A stretch of 64,000 nucleotides of DNA from a virus: positions 1-64,000 of IMG/VR virus record IMGVR_UViG_3300046516_001541; one strand, written 5' to 3'. Below the pieces are notes generated by a model. The model made no database searches, had not been told where the DNA came from, and was given only the letters and a program-made list of their open reading frames with translations. Of this stretch, positions 18,703 through 29,782 are shown piece after piece (the stretch's first letter is position 1; every line of letters starts with the position of its first letter). Position numbers and translations under genes: made by a program.

Positions 18703-19095
18703 GATGGCGGCTCCGATGGAATGATCGCGACCGGTTCGGGAGGGCGCTTTCCTGCCGAAGATTCCCAGTTGATATCTGGGTATTCCAGCTGCAGTGCATT
18801 TAGCAAAGACGGAATCGAATCGCACAACGAGCCGATGCACGCTTTCGTCCGCAGCCATGAATCGTCGGTCACTGCTTGATGCAAATGCATGGCCTGAATG
18901 GCGACCGTGGCCATGGCGCATTCGAGGCTCAACTGTTGCTCGCGGCATTCATTGCGAAAGCGCCTCAGTGCCGCGACTGACACGAGACGAGAATGCTTGC
19001 CGCGCTGTCTGCTCACTTTTTGTGTTTGAGCCAGACGATCCAGGCGACAAGAGCGCAAAACGCGACCATTGCGAGAGCATCAGGCCAACCCATGT

Positions 19096-19323
19096 TCATT
19101 TTTTAGCTCCGGTTTCCAAATTCTCGCCGCACATCGGACAGAACAGGGCGAGCAGCGTGGCCGGTGGCGCTCCCTTTTTTCCTTTCCTCGGATCGACTTT
19201 CGAGGTCCGGATTCCGATTCCGTCCGAGGATTTCATGCGGCTGTCAAACACGATGATGGGCTCGATACGAGTGTTATGTTCGGCCAATTTCTTGTTGGCG
19301 ACGGCGATGCATCTATGAGGCAT
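19096..19323 (-). CDS. Small Zn-ribbon protein
   Basis: C-terminal FCPMCG. Confidence 0.55.
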   Translation of the reverse strand: MPHRCIAVANKKLAEHNTRIEPIIVFDSRMKSSDGIGIRTSKVDPRKGKKGAPPATLLALFCPMCGENLETGAKK

Positions 19324-19329
19324 TTTTAG

Positions 19330-19929
19330 TTATCCAGGCACGGTTTGAACGGTGGCTTTCGACAAATCGTATTGCCGAATTCCCCACGCGATCGCGTAAC
19401 AGCACCAGATGAACCGGTGAGTGTATTCGCTGAAGTTGCATTCCCAACTTTCTTGGAAAGGGTGGCGTTTCTCATATTTGAAGTCAAACATGGCCTGACG
19501 TGCCGGATGTTCTCCGTCCTGTGAATAATTGAGCACTTCATCCTTGATGCGATCGCGCAACTCATCGTCCGCTTCCACATCATCGAGCCATTCTTTTACG
19601 TGAGACTCTAACTTCTCAGACGAATATTCATAGTGGCCATCAGTCTTGCTCGTGGCTTCGAGCTTTTCGCTCCAATATCCTTCATTGATCCGCAGCGGCC
19701 CAGCTTCCTTGCCGCGGAAGAATTGGAACATGTCATCGATCCGGCTGAAGACGTAGCAGCCCATATCGCCGGAGTAACACAGGTAGTGCGGATAGGTGAC
19801 GACATCGAAGTGCATATGACCACTGCCAGGAATGGCGAAGTGTAGGTGCCGGTATACTCCGTCATCGCGCAGCACGGTCATTGCGTGTTTGCCCACGTCT
19901 TTCAGGAAGCTCTCTTCAGTCACTTTCAC
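19330..19929 (-). CDS. Conserved-type phage hypothetical protein
   Basis: H.M.VLRDDGVYRHL.F...SGDMG.YVF...YW.EK...WCC.AIAWGI..YD. Confidence 0.75.
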   Translation of the reverse strand: MKVTEESFLKDVGKHAMTVLRDDGVYRHLHFAIPGSGHMHFDVVTYPHYLCYSGDMGCYVFSRIDDMFQFFRGKEAGPLRINEGYWSEKLEATSKTDGHYEYSSEKLESHVKEWLDDVEADDELRDRIKDEVLNYSQDGEHPARQAMFDFKYEKRHPFQESWECNFSEYTHRFIWCCYAIAWGIRQYDLSKATVQTVPG

Positions 19930-20608
19930 GTTGTTCGCCTGCGCTGTGCGATGGCAGTTCTCGACGTGCAACCTTCTCTCCGCAGCGCTTACACTTGCGC
20001 CACTTCTTGCTGATCGCTCGGGTACCGAAGCCACACTTCGGACACATCGCACCCATATAGACCAACATCAATAGGAAAGCTTCCAAATGCTTTTCGTTGG
20101 CCAGAGAAAAACGCTCATCCATTGGGAGCGGCTCCGGCGCAGAGGGGTACCCGTGTGAGGCATATATGCCACTGTCCGAGGAAATGCCAATCCATGCGCA
20201 ACGCTTTGTCATGGGCAGGCGGGAGCAATCTCTGCGGCGGAGCCACGTTCAAATTATCGTTTTTCGAACGCGATGCCGCCGCACTCACAAGGCGCGGGAC
20301 ATTTGACCGGTTCGGGAAATATGTGCACTTTCGCGCAGCTACAGCAGTACCAGCCCGTACTGAGCATCGGCGGTCGCGTGCCTGGCGGATAGATTTTGTC
20401 AGGCTCGCCGAGCAACGCGATGACCTCGGCTTTGGTTTTGGGCAGTGTCATGATTGTAGTCCCGGTTGCTCGCGCGCATACGGCTCGGCATACGAGCGCA
20501 TCGCTGATCGATGGATATTGCCACAGATAAAACTGACTCTTGCCACCATATGGAATGCGGCCGCAGCCTTTGCAGCGCTGATCTTTGGGCACGTTGGCCA
20601 GCGTGCGT

Positions 20609-21043
20609 TCAATCCTTCGCGCTGGGATGTTTGCTACTCCAGACAACTGTCTCGGTCGGCTTCGGCAGACCGCGCAAGTAACCATACTCAATTTGCCTGA
20701 ACGGTTCGCGGGAATACTCAGCCGGATTCGGTCGCATGCGCAATTGCTGGGCAATGCTGATCACAACAACCTCGAGCGGATGAGTCGGATCGATTTCACG
20801 GGCTATGGCATATTCTTTCATCTCCGTGATTGCAGTCGCAACCGCGGTGCCTTCGCCATGGTAATCGCTCAGCGTCTGAATATACTTGATAGTCTCTGTC
20901 CCTAACCGCACTTCGCATTTCGCCGAGATCTGCTCGAAGATGTAGTCGCGCACGATCACGACAGGCGGCGTCACATCTTCGATCGACACGAGTCTGCCGA
21001 CATGGCGAACGAATTCCCCGACCGCTGGCGGAATCTTGCTCAC
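20609..21043 (-). CDS. Hypothetical protein
   Basis: 144 aa coupled ORF. Confidence 0.55.
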   Translation of the reverse strand: MSKIPPAVGEFVRHVGRLVSIEDVTPPVVIVRDYIFEQISAKCEVRLGTETIKYIQTLSDYHGEGTAVATAITEMKEYAIAREIDPTHPLEVVVISIAQQLRMRPNPAEYSREPFRQIEYGYLRGLPKPTETVVWSSKHPSAKD

Positions 21044-21211
21044 AACGTTGTGCTGGCGCGGCGCCAGATGTGGCGAAAGCCGACCTCGGCGCCGGTCCCC
21101 ACGGGCGCATCGCCGCTATCCAGGCATTCCTTTGATAGCTGCGCGATGAATTCCAGCGCGCTGCGCATGCGCTCGATGGTTTGCTCCGGCGTCTCTGCGG
21201 CGCGTTGGTTT

Positions 21212-21538
21212 TCAGTCCCCATTGGCTTGCTCGACCAAATCCTTGGGCTGGACGATGACTTCCTTGCGACCTTCCCAAAGCAAGTTGTTCTTGTCGAGGT
21301 CAATGCCATGTTGCAATGCCAAGCGGATATTCTTCTGGAGGAGCCAGACGCGATGCTCGCTCTCAACCGCCTGGACGGCGTATCGAGCGACACCGACGCC
21401 AGTCAGGCGATCCGCCATATCGATATCCTTGATGGCCTGCAGCGCCAGGAGCAGTCCCCTGGTGACTCCCATGTCGACCAAATGATTGGGATCCGTGATG
21501 GGCAATTTCTGCGGGCTTGGATCATCCGGCTGTGGCAT
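21212..21538 (-). CDS. Hypothetical protein
   Basis: 108 aa, GGAG SD. Confidence 0.55.
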   Translation of the reverse strand: MPQPDDPSPQKLPITDPNHLVDMGVTRGLLLALQAIKDIDMADRLTGVGVARYAVQAVESEHRVWLLQKNIRLALQHGIDLDKNNLLWEGRKEVIVQPKDLVEQANGD

Positions 21539-21769
21539 TCGTGTTGCTCCGATTGTTAGTTGCAGTGACGGTCACGCGGTCAAGAAGGTAATAACCCCTG
21601 ACGTTTTCGAGATGGATGACCGGATAGCCAGCATTGCAGACGTATGCGGCGCTGGTTGTTTCTGTCCTTTCAATCTGACCGTTATCCCGTTTGAGAGATA
21701 CCTCGGTTCCGATTGGATTGGCCGCATTCCAGCGATCGCATGCGGCCTGGGCGCGCTTTTGTTTTCGGT

Positions 21770-22153
21770 TCATTGGTGGCACTTCAGTGTATTAAACGCC
21801 TTGGAAATCGCCTGCCAGAATCGGCGGCTCGTATCATCCATTTTGTCAGGATGCGCAAGTGTGACGGTTCCGGTCTGCATGCTGACTCGTACTACCTCCC
21901 CTTGAGCATCAGAGAAGGTGAGAAAGCATTCGTACTTTTTGCAGTCATTTCCGAAATCGATTCGTGGCTGCGATAGAGTGGTACTGAATTTCCAGGGAGA
22001 TGCTTTCGAGTCGACCGGGGCGGCAGTGCGCAATTTCGACTGGCCAAGTAAGGATGCCGGCGGCAATTCCGCAGCATAAGCATGCAGTCTCCACCCGAAT
22101 AAGCCAGTGAGCATCAGGCTAGCCAAAATCGCGACCGGTTTCACGGGATCCAC
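21770..22153 (-). CDS. Secreted/membrane-anchored hypothetical protein
   Basis: Hydrophobic N-terminus ending AYA; GGAGG SD. Confidence 0.55.
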   Translation of the reverse strand: MDPVKPVAILASLMLTGLFGWRLHAYAAELPPASLLGQSKLRTAAPVDSKASPWKFSTTLSQPRIDFGNDCKKYECFLTFSDAQGEVVRVSMQTGTVTLAHPDKMDDTSRRFWQAISKAFNTLKCHQ

Positions 22154-22510
22154 CCTGGCACCTCCAGTTGATCAATGACTGTCCACGTCTCTTCGCAATA
22201 TTGGCAGCGCTTGCCATGGCACTCGTCGCACTTCGCCGCCAGCGTCATGAGAGTCGTGCGCGCGAGAAAGATCCGGGCGACCGCCGCTGTCTGGACATGT
22301 TGGCGATATTCGAGCCAGCGGTCCGAATCCTCGGCAGTCGAGAGGAACATGCCAGGGATCTTCCCGCTCGGCTGCTGCGGCCATGGCGGTAACAGAGGCG
22401 TTCCCGCGACCGTCGGAGCGGTTTGCCTGGCCATGCATCGCTGAGCCTCGAGGCATTTGTCCGGATAATCACAACCACCGCGCCAGATGCACGATACGCC
22501 AGGCGGCGGT

Positions 22511-22756
22511 TTAGTCGTAGTCGACATGACCGGCCGTCTCCTCGCCGTCTGATGGCTCGTCTCCGTCGTCAGTGGCGTCGGACATTGATTCGTCAGCCGC
22601 ACCTTCAGGATCGTCTTCAAAACTGTCGTGCAGATCCTCCAAATCGGTGGAATTCGCTATCGCATCAGCATCAACCTGGCTGCAGTGGAAATGATCAATG
22701 AGTCGTGTCTTGAAACGATGCATCCACTCTTCTTCGTTGAACGAAGTATCAGCCAT
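22511..22756 (-). CDS. Small acidic protein
   Basis: Very D/E-rich; AGGAG SD. Confidence 0.55.
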   Translation of the reverse strand: MADTSFNEEEWMHRFKTRLIDHFHCSQVDADAIANSTDLEDLHDSFEDDPEGAADESMSDATDDGDEPSDGEETAGHVDYD

Positions 22757-23355
22757 TTTCCCACTCCTTTTGAATGCGATCGGCTTCCGTCGTCAGCGCC
22801 CTCGCGCGCTCCGTATGCCATTTGCTGGAATCGGCCATGTCCATCCCGTCCGCCTCAGTAGCCCAGCAATCGTGCATATCGGCCAAAGCGCGCAGCACTC
22901 TCGGATTTTTGGACGCCTTTTTCAGTTCGCGTTCTGTGAGCTCGAACGCGGGAACGGCAGCGGGCGCGGTTGGCGAAACGTCAGCCATTAGTGAACCTTT
23001 TGTTTGCAGGGGAATTTGAACGATCGAGGATCGTCAATTCGGCCGGCGGTCGTGACCATGGCGCGTTGCCCACATTCATCACAAGTTACAATGTAGATCC
23101 CGCAACGCACGGCCGGATAGGGCAAATCAACCTTACATGCCCGCGTCGATCCATGACTCGTGTCGACATCGACACCGGTCGGGAGTGCTGGATTGGCTGG
23201 GGACTGGGCGGTCCGGACTTTATCGAGCCAAATTATTTTGAACGCCAAACAGCACTCCTTGATTGCCTGCCCGCGCGCCTGCGGTTTACAGACCTTTCGT
23301 CCGACCAAGGTACCGATAGGTTTACTTAGCCGTTCGGCGCGCGGGCGGGACTCGG

Positions 23356-23553
23356 TTAGTTCCCAGACAGAAACCCTTCAGCCTGTTCGATATTGATTAT
23401 CCACAAAACAGCGTATTCCACAAGCGCCGGAATTGGCACGACTCCGGTCTCATACCGGAATAGGTCAAATACATCGATTTGCAGACGGGCCGCCAGTTCG
23501 GCGTGCGTCGATTTAGAATCCGCAAGCAACATGCGGAATTCGCTGGCGATCAT
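23356..23553 (-). CDS. Small HTH protein
   Basis: THAELAARLQID...RYETG...IP; GAGGA SD before MIASEFR. Confidence 0.6.
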   Translation of the reverse strand: MIASEFRMLLADSKSTHAELAARLQIDVFDLFRYETGVVPIPALVEYAVLWIINIEQAEGFLSGN

Positions 23554-26338
23554 GGTCAATCCATTTCCTCGCGCCACCATTCCGCGCATAGTATGAAGAT
23601 CGCCACCGAACCGAGGAGGATCGCCTCGAGCAGCATGTGTTGCCACAACGGACTCATCATGGTTCCTCGCCGGCTGATTCCTTGACGCCAGTGTGACCGG
23701 TCAGTGTCGGCGTGAATGTGCCAGTCCGCAGGCCCGGGGCCGATGGATCCAAATAGACGTCATGCGATCCCGCCGGCAGGCCTGGCGCATATATGCAAGC
23801 AGCCGAGCATTCCCCGTTCTCGTCGATGATCAGGTTGGCAATCGGAGCCTGGGGCCCAATCGCCGTTTTGGCTTGCAACGTCGGACAGTTCTGCTCCGGT
23901 TCGGCGTGGCGCTGCTGGCAGATGGAGCAGGGCGGAATCGGCGCGAAGCCTTCCGATAGTTGCGCGATTTGGTCGATGTCTTCCGGGAGTACTCGACTGC
24001 GCGTGGCGAGTTTGTGAATCTCCCAGAGCCGATCGCTCCTGAAGTCCGCTCGCGTTTCGAGAGCAACTCGTTCTTGTTGCTGCACCTCAGAGCCAATATT
24101 CGCAAGTATCCATTGCGCGAGAGCAACGGCCTCGCCGTGCCTTCTTGCATCCAACGCCAATTTCCGACAACATTCAGCGCGAATTTTAGTGAGCAACTCA
24201 TTTGAGGTTTTCTGGCGCTTTGTTCCCGTTGGGATGTGCTCACTTGTCACGGCTGGCCTCCGCAATCTTTTGCAACTTGTGTTCTTCCCACTGCTGATCA
24301 GACATGAGGGGTTGACGTAAAGCCGTGACGCCACTCTTCGTATGCGTCCAGCGCGCATAACCTTGGTGACTCGGATCCCAAATGAATCCAGCCGCCTCCA
24401 TGTCAATCGTTTCCGATGTGGGCCGTTTATCCATCGACGCATGCCCAACAAGAATCGCCGTCATTATTGGTGTCAACTTTGGGCGGCCATGCCGCGACAT
24501 CTGCGCATTGAATATCCAAGTCCTGCATGCTCACGAGCATCGCCTGAATCTTCGTGGCCTCGTGATACTGATGATCCCGATTGCAACAATGCGCGAGTGC
24601 AATCAGGTCCTGACGCATCTCTTCGATCCGTTCTTTGACCGTCTGCGGTGTAGAGTGCTCATTGGGGTCGAGTGTTGTATCAGCCATCGAAGTTGCTCCA
24701 TTCCTCTTCATCATAGTTGTCCTGGCACATGGATTCGTGCAACGTCTTAATAATCACGGCGGCGCTCACCAGCGATTGTGCGCGGACGAATTCATCATCC
24801 TCCATCAATAACTCGGCCATCCGCTGCATCTCGACGCGCCACTGGACGAGTTTGTCGGCGAACGTGATCTTCTTCTTTCGGCGTTTCGGCGTGCGCGTTT
24901 CGGCGTCGATCTTGGCTTTCGCAGGCCGCTTGGCGTCGCTCATGATTGGGGTTCTCCATCTTTCACCGAAGATGCACCGTGAACCGTGCAGGCCGAATCT
25001 CTTACGAGCCTTCCATTTTCACTGAAGTAACAGCCCCAACTGCACTGACCGGTCGGGCGCCTGATTAGGTCATTGCTGGCTTTCTGAGCGGTCACTTCGC
25101 CAGTACCGGCTGACATCGTTGCGCCGCAGCCATTCAGGCATGCATGCACCCGGCGAATCGCGCTCCATTCGTGCTCGCACGTCTCGTGCGAACTACGCAA
25201 CCGTGCAATCTCTGCGTCCCGCTCATCGAGCATACGGAGCAACTTCGAGCGGTGCCATGGTGCGTGACGAATTGCGTCGCCGGAATAAATGACACGTTCT
25301 GGCGGGACGCTGCGATCAGTCGAATTACTCGGCCAATCGAATCCGGTGTTGCGGCAGTCCTCGCGGATTTGTGCCAGCAAGGGGCTCTCCTTTGAGGTGC
25401 GTGTGCTATTGGGCACCGCACACTGGGTGCACTCTGTGTCGATACTGCCGTGAACGCACGTTGTCCATGATTTATTTTGCACGTTGCATGTCCTCTCGCG
25501 CAGCGATAATCCGTGACTCACACTCGGATTTAATGTCTTCTAACATATCGATCCAAGCAACGATCGGTAGTGGTGGCCTCCCTTCGCGGTCAATGACCGT
25601 CATGACCCGTGTGACCTTGTCAGAGATATCCGTCTCCGATGTGGGCGTGCTCATTTCCGTTTCACCTTGTGCAGATGGATTGCAACAGTCATTGCAACGA
25701 TGCCCATAAACCAACGATCTTCGGTCCCGCCACTCCACTTTGCGGCGAAAAATGCACTCCAATGCCAAATGAAGAATACGACGACAGATGCGGCAATATT
25801 TACGGAATGCTCGTGCCAAGAAGATTTCTCTTCGGTGGGCAACTCATCCAGCACGGCGTTTCTCCTTGGCCTGTTCCTCTTCCCACTTCAGACGAAACTT
25901 GAGACGAGCTGCGGCGATGTGGACGGCCTCACGCTCTTTGTACGTGCCTCCATGCCACCACGCCTGACGCATCGCCTTCAGCAATTTGCCAAGGTGTGTA
26001 TTGGGAGGATTCTCGCAAACTTCTCGTCCTCGAATCCAACTCTGGATATCGTCGGTATCGAAGGCCAGTAACGCGAATTCTGCAGCTTGGCGAACAGCCG
26101 TGTCATTTGCCATCGGATAGTTCCTGCCCGATCCTCTTCACGAGCCGTTGACGAGCTGCATCCGCCTGGGAGGAAGTAATCATTCGATGGAGAAAGCACG
26201 TCGTAATGGCATCGGCCACGTGTTGCCAGCGCTTCGCATCTTTCGCTTTCCAGCCGCTGATCCGGCCTTTGCGCAGTTGGTTGGCGATCCTATCTGCGAG
26301 GGCACCGAACGCGATCTGGAAGCGCTGTTTTGTCGCGT

Positions 26339-27115
26339 CTACCATTCCAATTTCCCCGCGCAAATTGGTCCGATCCCGCGTTCGATTGATTCGGCATCCT
26401 CCAGCCTTCGATTGCAAACGCCACAGCGGCCAACAAGCTTTCCGTAAGCTACCGACGCGGCGCGCGGATCCGCGATGATGGCGCGCAGCGCATCTTTGAT
26501 ATCGCCTGTGTACAACTTCCCAGGAGCCTGCCGACCGTACTTCTTCTGCTGGCCATACTCGGCACCGTCGCTGACGAAGATGAAACCGGACCATTTCGAC
26601 GGCGGCGTCGGGCGCTCAATCTTCACTTTCAATCGCGTCTCGCCATCCGGCACGGCGTAGAAACCTTCCGGGACCGACGACAGGTCAATGTCATTACCGT
26701 TGGGTTCGGCGCGAACGATCGCCGTCATGCGCTCAGCTGCGCGCGCGGCATCCTCGGCGAGAATCTTCCGGACCCCGACGACCTGTCCTGTCGTCAAGGG
26801 ACCTTCCTCGTATCGCCGCACAAGCGAACCGGCAAAGCTGTTGTGCGGCAGGTTGTCATAGATCCATTGAATGACATCGCGATGCGCTTCGATCCACGCA
26901 TTTTTGGCGGCAATTCGCTCGTGTTGTTGTTTCGAGATGCCGGCAGATTTACGCACTGGGCGCCTCGGCGATCCGCCTCGCGTAGCGGCGAATTCTACAG
27001 ACGTCTGCAGAAAGCTTTTCGGCGTCGGCTCGACGGTGGGCTCAGCGTCCAAATCGCCTTCGAGGTCATCGAATCCGGTCGACTTTTGCACGAGCGTGAT
27101 ATTGGCGAGTGGCAT
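26339..27115 (-). CDS. DUF6011-like protein
   Basis: C-terminal YGKLVGRCGVCNRRLEDAESIERGIGPIC. Confidence 0.8.
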   Translation of the reverse strand: MPLANITLVQKSTGFDDLEGDLDAEPTVEPTPKSFLQTSVEFAATRGGSPRRPVRKSAGISKQQHERIAAKNAWIEAHRDVIQWIYDNLPHNSFAGSLVRRYEEGPLTTGQVVGVRKILAEDAARAAERMTAIVRAEPNGNDIDLSSVPEGFYAVPDGETRLKVKIERPTPPSKWSGFIFVSDGAEYGQQKKYGRQAPGKLYTGDIKDALRAIIADPRAASVAYGKLVGRCGVCNRRLEDAESIERGIGPICAGKLEW

Positions 27116-27155
27116 CTTTTCCTGCTCCTTGACTGACGTTTCAGCCCATGCCTCA

Positions 27156-27184
27156 AATATAGAGCATTACTCAAAAAAGAGCAA
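27156..27184 (-). promoter_or_regulatory. Sigma70-type promoter for the leftward accessory operon
   Basis: TTGCTC-17nt-TATATT, followed by AAGGAG and the ATG at 27115. Confidence 0.7.
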
Positions 27185-27308
27185 GACGCGCGTCACATAC
27201 CGGAAAAGACACAATTTCTCCGCATTCTTACCCCATAAATACTGGATATATATGGGATAGACACATGCTCTAGACCCCGGCCAGACCGGGGCCAGACCGG
27301 GGCACGAG

Positions 27309-27330
27309 GTCGTGACACCAGACTGCGGTC
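27309..27330 (+). promoter_or_regulatory. Late promoter motif (leaderless), portal
   Basis: GTCGTGAC-ac-CAGACT-6nt-ATG. Confidence 0.75.
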
Positions 27331-29064
27331 ATGAGCGAAACCCCCCGTTCCGTTGCGTTCGACGAGTCCGCCCCGGCATCCGAGCGGCTGGCGGCCCAAA
27401 CCGAGCTCACAAAATCCACGATGCCCACGATCACGGGAGACCTGATCCCGCGGTCGGACTTGGCGCCAGTCATCGATTTCATTACGCATCGCTTCGACGA
27501 AGCACAGATGGCGAAATCGCTGACCCGCAGCAATATCATCCCGTTCCCGTCTCAGGCGGTCGAACAGCGCAAGCCAGGCATGCAGTCGGTCTACCTCGAC
27601 GACATGCAACTCACTGTGATGGGGGATTATTACGAGCGGCCCAGCGTGTTCACGTTCGACAGCATGCGCTCGATGGTCGAACAGACGCCGATTCTGAACG
27701 CCGTGATCATGACGCGGATCCGGCAGGTTTCCCGGTTCTGCAAATTGTCGGATCCGGACTCGCCAGGCTTCCAGATCAAATTGCGCGACAAAGACGCAAA
27801 GGCGTCAAAGGCGGAACTGAAAGAGATCGACGTGCTGCAGGGCTTCTTCATCAACTGCGGCTGGGAGAGCAATCCGCGCAAGCGGTTGAAGTTGAAGCGC
27901 GATCACCTCTCTAACTTCATGGCGAAGCTGGTTCGTGATTCGCTGACCATGGACTCGACGCCGATCGAGACCGAATTCAAGCGCGATCGCAACCTGGGAA
28001 TGGACGGAATGTATGCCGTCGACGGCTCGACGATCCGTCTGTGTACGGAGCAGGGCTACCAGGGTGACGATGAAATTTTTGCGCTGCAGGTCATCCAGGG
28101 GCGCATTCGCGCGGCGTATACGCATGACGACCTCATTTATATACCGCGCAATCCGCGCACGGATGTCCTGTCGGCCGGCTACGGCCTGAGTGAGACCGAG
28201 CTCCTCATTCGCGTGGTGACCGGTTTCCTGAATGCGTTCAGTTACAACACGAAGTATTTCGACTCGAACGCGATTCCGAAAGGCATCCTGCATCTCTCCG
28301 GCAACTACACCGAAGAGGACATCAACGGGTTCAAGCGCTATTGGAACGCCATGGTCAAAGGCGTGGCCAATTGGTGGACGCTGCCGGTCATGGTCTCGAA
28401 GGATCAGGAATCGAAGGCCAATTTCGAGAACCTGGGCGCCGATGTCAACGAGATGATGTTTTCGAAATGGATGACGTTCCTGACGTCGATCGTCTGTGCG
28501 ATCTACGGCATGAGTCCAGAGGAAATCAACTTCGAGGCCTTCACGACCGGCAAGTCAAACCTATCGGGCAGTGACACCGAAGAGAAGATCGCGAATTCGA
28601 AGGACAGCGGCCTCGAGCCATTGCTGTCCTACTTCGAGAACATTTTCACCGATTACGTCGTCTCGGATTTCGCAGCGAAGTATGCATTCCACTGGACCGG
28701 TCGCGAGCAGGACGATCCCAAGCAAAGCTTCGAGGAAGTCAAATTATGCGGCACAGTGGACGAATTGCGCGCGGCCCGCGGCGAAGATCCCATCGATGGC
28801 GATTGGGGAAGCGCTCCGCTGAATCCGTCGCTCATTCCAGTATGGCAGGCTGAAAATCAGCCGCAGCCTGGCGGCTCCGAGCAGGAGAAGTTGTTGAATG
28901 GTGCTTTTCCGGCGCCGCAGCCTGGCGGCAAGCAGAAGGAGAAAACAACTCCGGATGACAAAAGCAAAAACCGCAAAGGCACTCCTCCCAAGAAACCCAA
29001 GGCGAAGGAGGTTGCGACGATGAGCAAGGCGTTTGGACTTCCCATTTACTACATCGAGACTTAA
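27331..29064 (+). CDS. Portal protein (SPO1/Twort-like)
   Basis: ILNAVIMTRIRQV, AVDGSTIR, PRNPRTD...YGLSE.E, YN..YF...IPKG and M.F..W motifs. Confidence 0.9.
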   Translation: MSETPRSVAFDESAPASERLAAQTELTKSTMPTITGDLIPRSDLAPVIDFITHRFDEAQMAKSLTRSNIIPFPSQAVEQRKPGMQSVYLDDMQLTVMGDYYERPSVFTFDSMRSMVEQTPILNAVIMTRIRQVSRFCKLSDPDSPGFQIKLRDKDAKASKAELKEIDVLQGFFINCGWESNPRKRLKLKRDHLSNFMAKLVRDSLTMDSTPIETEFKRDRNLGMDGMYAVDGSTIRLCTEQGYQGDDEIFALQVIQGRIRAAYTHDDLIYIPRNPRTDVLSAGYGLSETELLIRVVTGFLNAFSYNTKYFDSNAIPKGILHLSGNYTEEDINGFKRYWNAMVKGVANWWTLPVMVSKDQESKANFENLGADVNEMMFSKWMTFLTSIVCAIYGMSPEEINFEAFTTGKSNLSGSDTEEKIANSKDSGLEPLLSYFENIFTDYVVSDFAAKYAFHWTGREQDDPKQSFEEVKLCGTVDELRAARGEDPIDGDWGSAPLNPSLIPVWQAENQPQPGGSEQEKLLNGAFPAPQPGGKQKEKTTPDDKSKNRKGTPPKKPKAKEVATMSKAFGLPIYYIET

Positions 29065-29069
29065 CTGAC

Positions 29070-29372
29070 ATGCAAATCGTTGATCCGGTGACAGGGAAAC
29101 CGAACCCACTCAAAGGTGTAGATGGGAGGCTGTCGACGACGCTGCCGCCGAATGCCTTCGCCATCACGCCAAGCGATGTCGCCATGTACGATCCGCCGAT
29201 ATCGGTCTGGGTGGGCGATGCCGGTACCGTGAATGTCGCGGTTGTGCCGTATGGGCTCAAAGGCGATAAGAGTGTGATTTTCCCGGCAACGCTGGGAATG
29301 ACGTTGCCTGTATTGTGCAAGCAAGTACTTTCGACCGGCACGACCGCCGCCACACTCCGCGGCCAGTTCTAA
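29070..29372 (+). CDS. Head spike base protein, RcGTA Rcc01079-like
   Basis: AFAITPSD...VWVG.AG.V.V...G..LPV..KQV..TGTTA. Confidence 0.75.
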   Translation: MQIVDPVTGKPNPLKGVDGRLSTTLPPNAFAITPSDVAMYDPPISVWVGDAGTVNVAVVPYGLKGDKSVIFPATLGMTLPVLCKQVLSTGTTAATLRGQF

Positions 29373-29376
29373 GCTC

Positions 29377-29772
29377 GTGACGTTGCAGCTCCTCGACCCG
29401 GTCAAGGGCGACCCACATCCGCCAAAAGGCGTCGATGGGCGCCTATCAACTTGTCAGATGCCAGATGCAGGGCTGCTCACTCCCGACGATATGGTCGTCT
29501 ACGACCCGCCGATTCGGTTGTGGATTGGTGACGCTGCCTCGTTGCTGGTGACTGTCGCTCCCTATGGCCGCGGCGGCGATGCGCTCGTGCAGTATCCGAC
29601 GAAACTCGGAATGACGATTCCGGTTCTCGTTAAACAGGTTAAGGCAACCGGGACCACAGCCACAATTTTGATCGGCCAGACGGCGTTCAAGCCGATGGTA
29701 CCGACCGGTCCGACCGCCGACTCAACGCTCATCACGGCGGACGACACAACAATTACCGCAGATAGTTTCTAG
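29377..29772 (+). CDS. Second head spike base paralog with C-terminal TADST repeat tail
   Basis: Aligns with 29070-29372 (KGVDGRLST, YDPPI, TGTTA); ends TADSTLITADDTTITADSF. Confidence 0.75.
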   Translation: MTLQLLDPVKGDPHPPKGVDGRLSTCQMPDAGLLTPDDMVVYDPPIRLWIGDAASLLVTVAPYGRGGDALVQYPTKLGMTIPVLVKQVKATGTTATILIGQTAFKPMVPTGPTADSTLITADDTTITADSF

Positions 29773-29782
29773 GGGTTTCCCA

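Larger units (their letters stand above)
13473..27115 (-). other. Leftward cluster of about 30 small accessory/early-middle genes
   Basis: Continuous ATGA/GTGA-coupled minus-strand ORFs, many Cys-rich, behind the promoter at 27156-27184. Confidence 0.8.

Noticed and set aside
14377-25090. 13-bp repeat GGCTTTCTGAGCG at 14377 and 25078 as a shuffling site
   Set aside because: A single 13-mer match is expected by chance in 64 kb of GC-rich DNA.
28861-28945. CCGCAGCCTGGCGGC duplication in the portal gene
   Set aside because: It is a low-complexity PQPGG repeat in a disordered C-terminal tail.
29375-29382. xTCGTGAC variants (about 29374 plus, 6890 minus, 4750 plus) as further late promoters
   Set aside because: None has an ATG 14-15 nt downstream with a matching nAnnnT hexamer.
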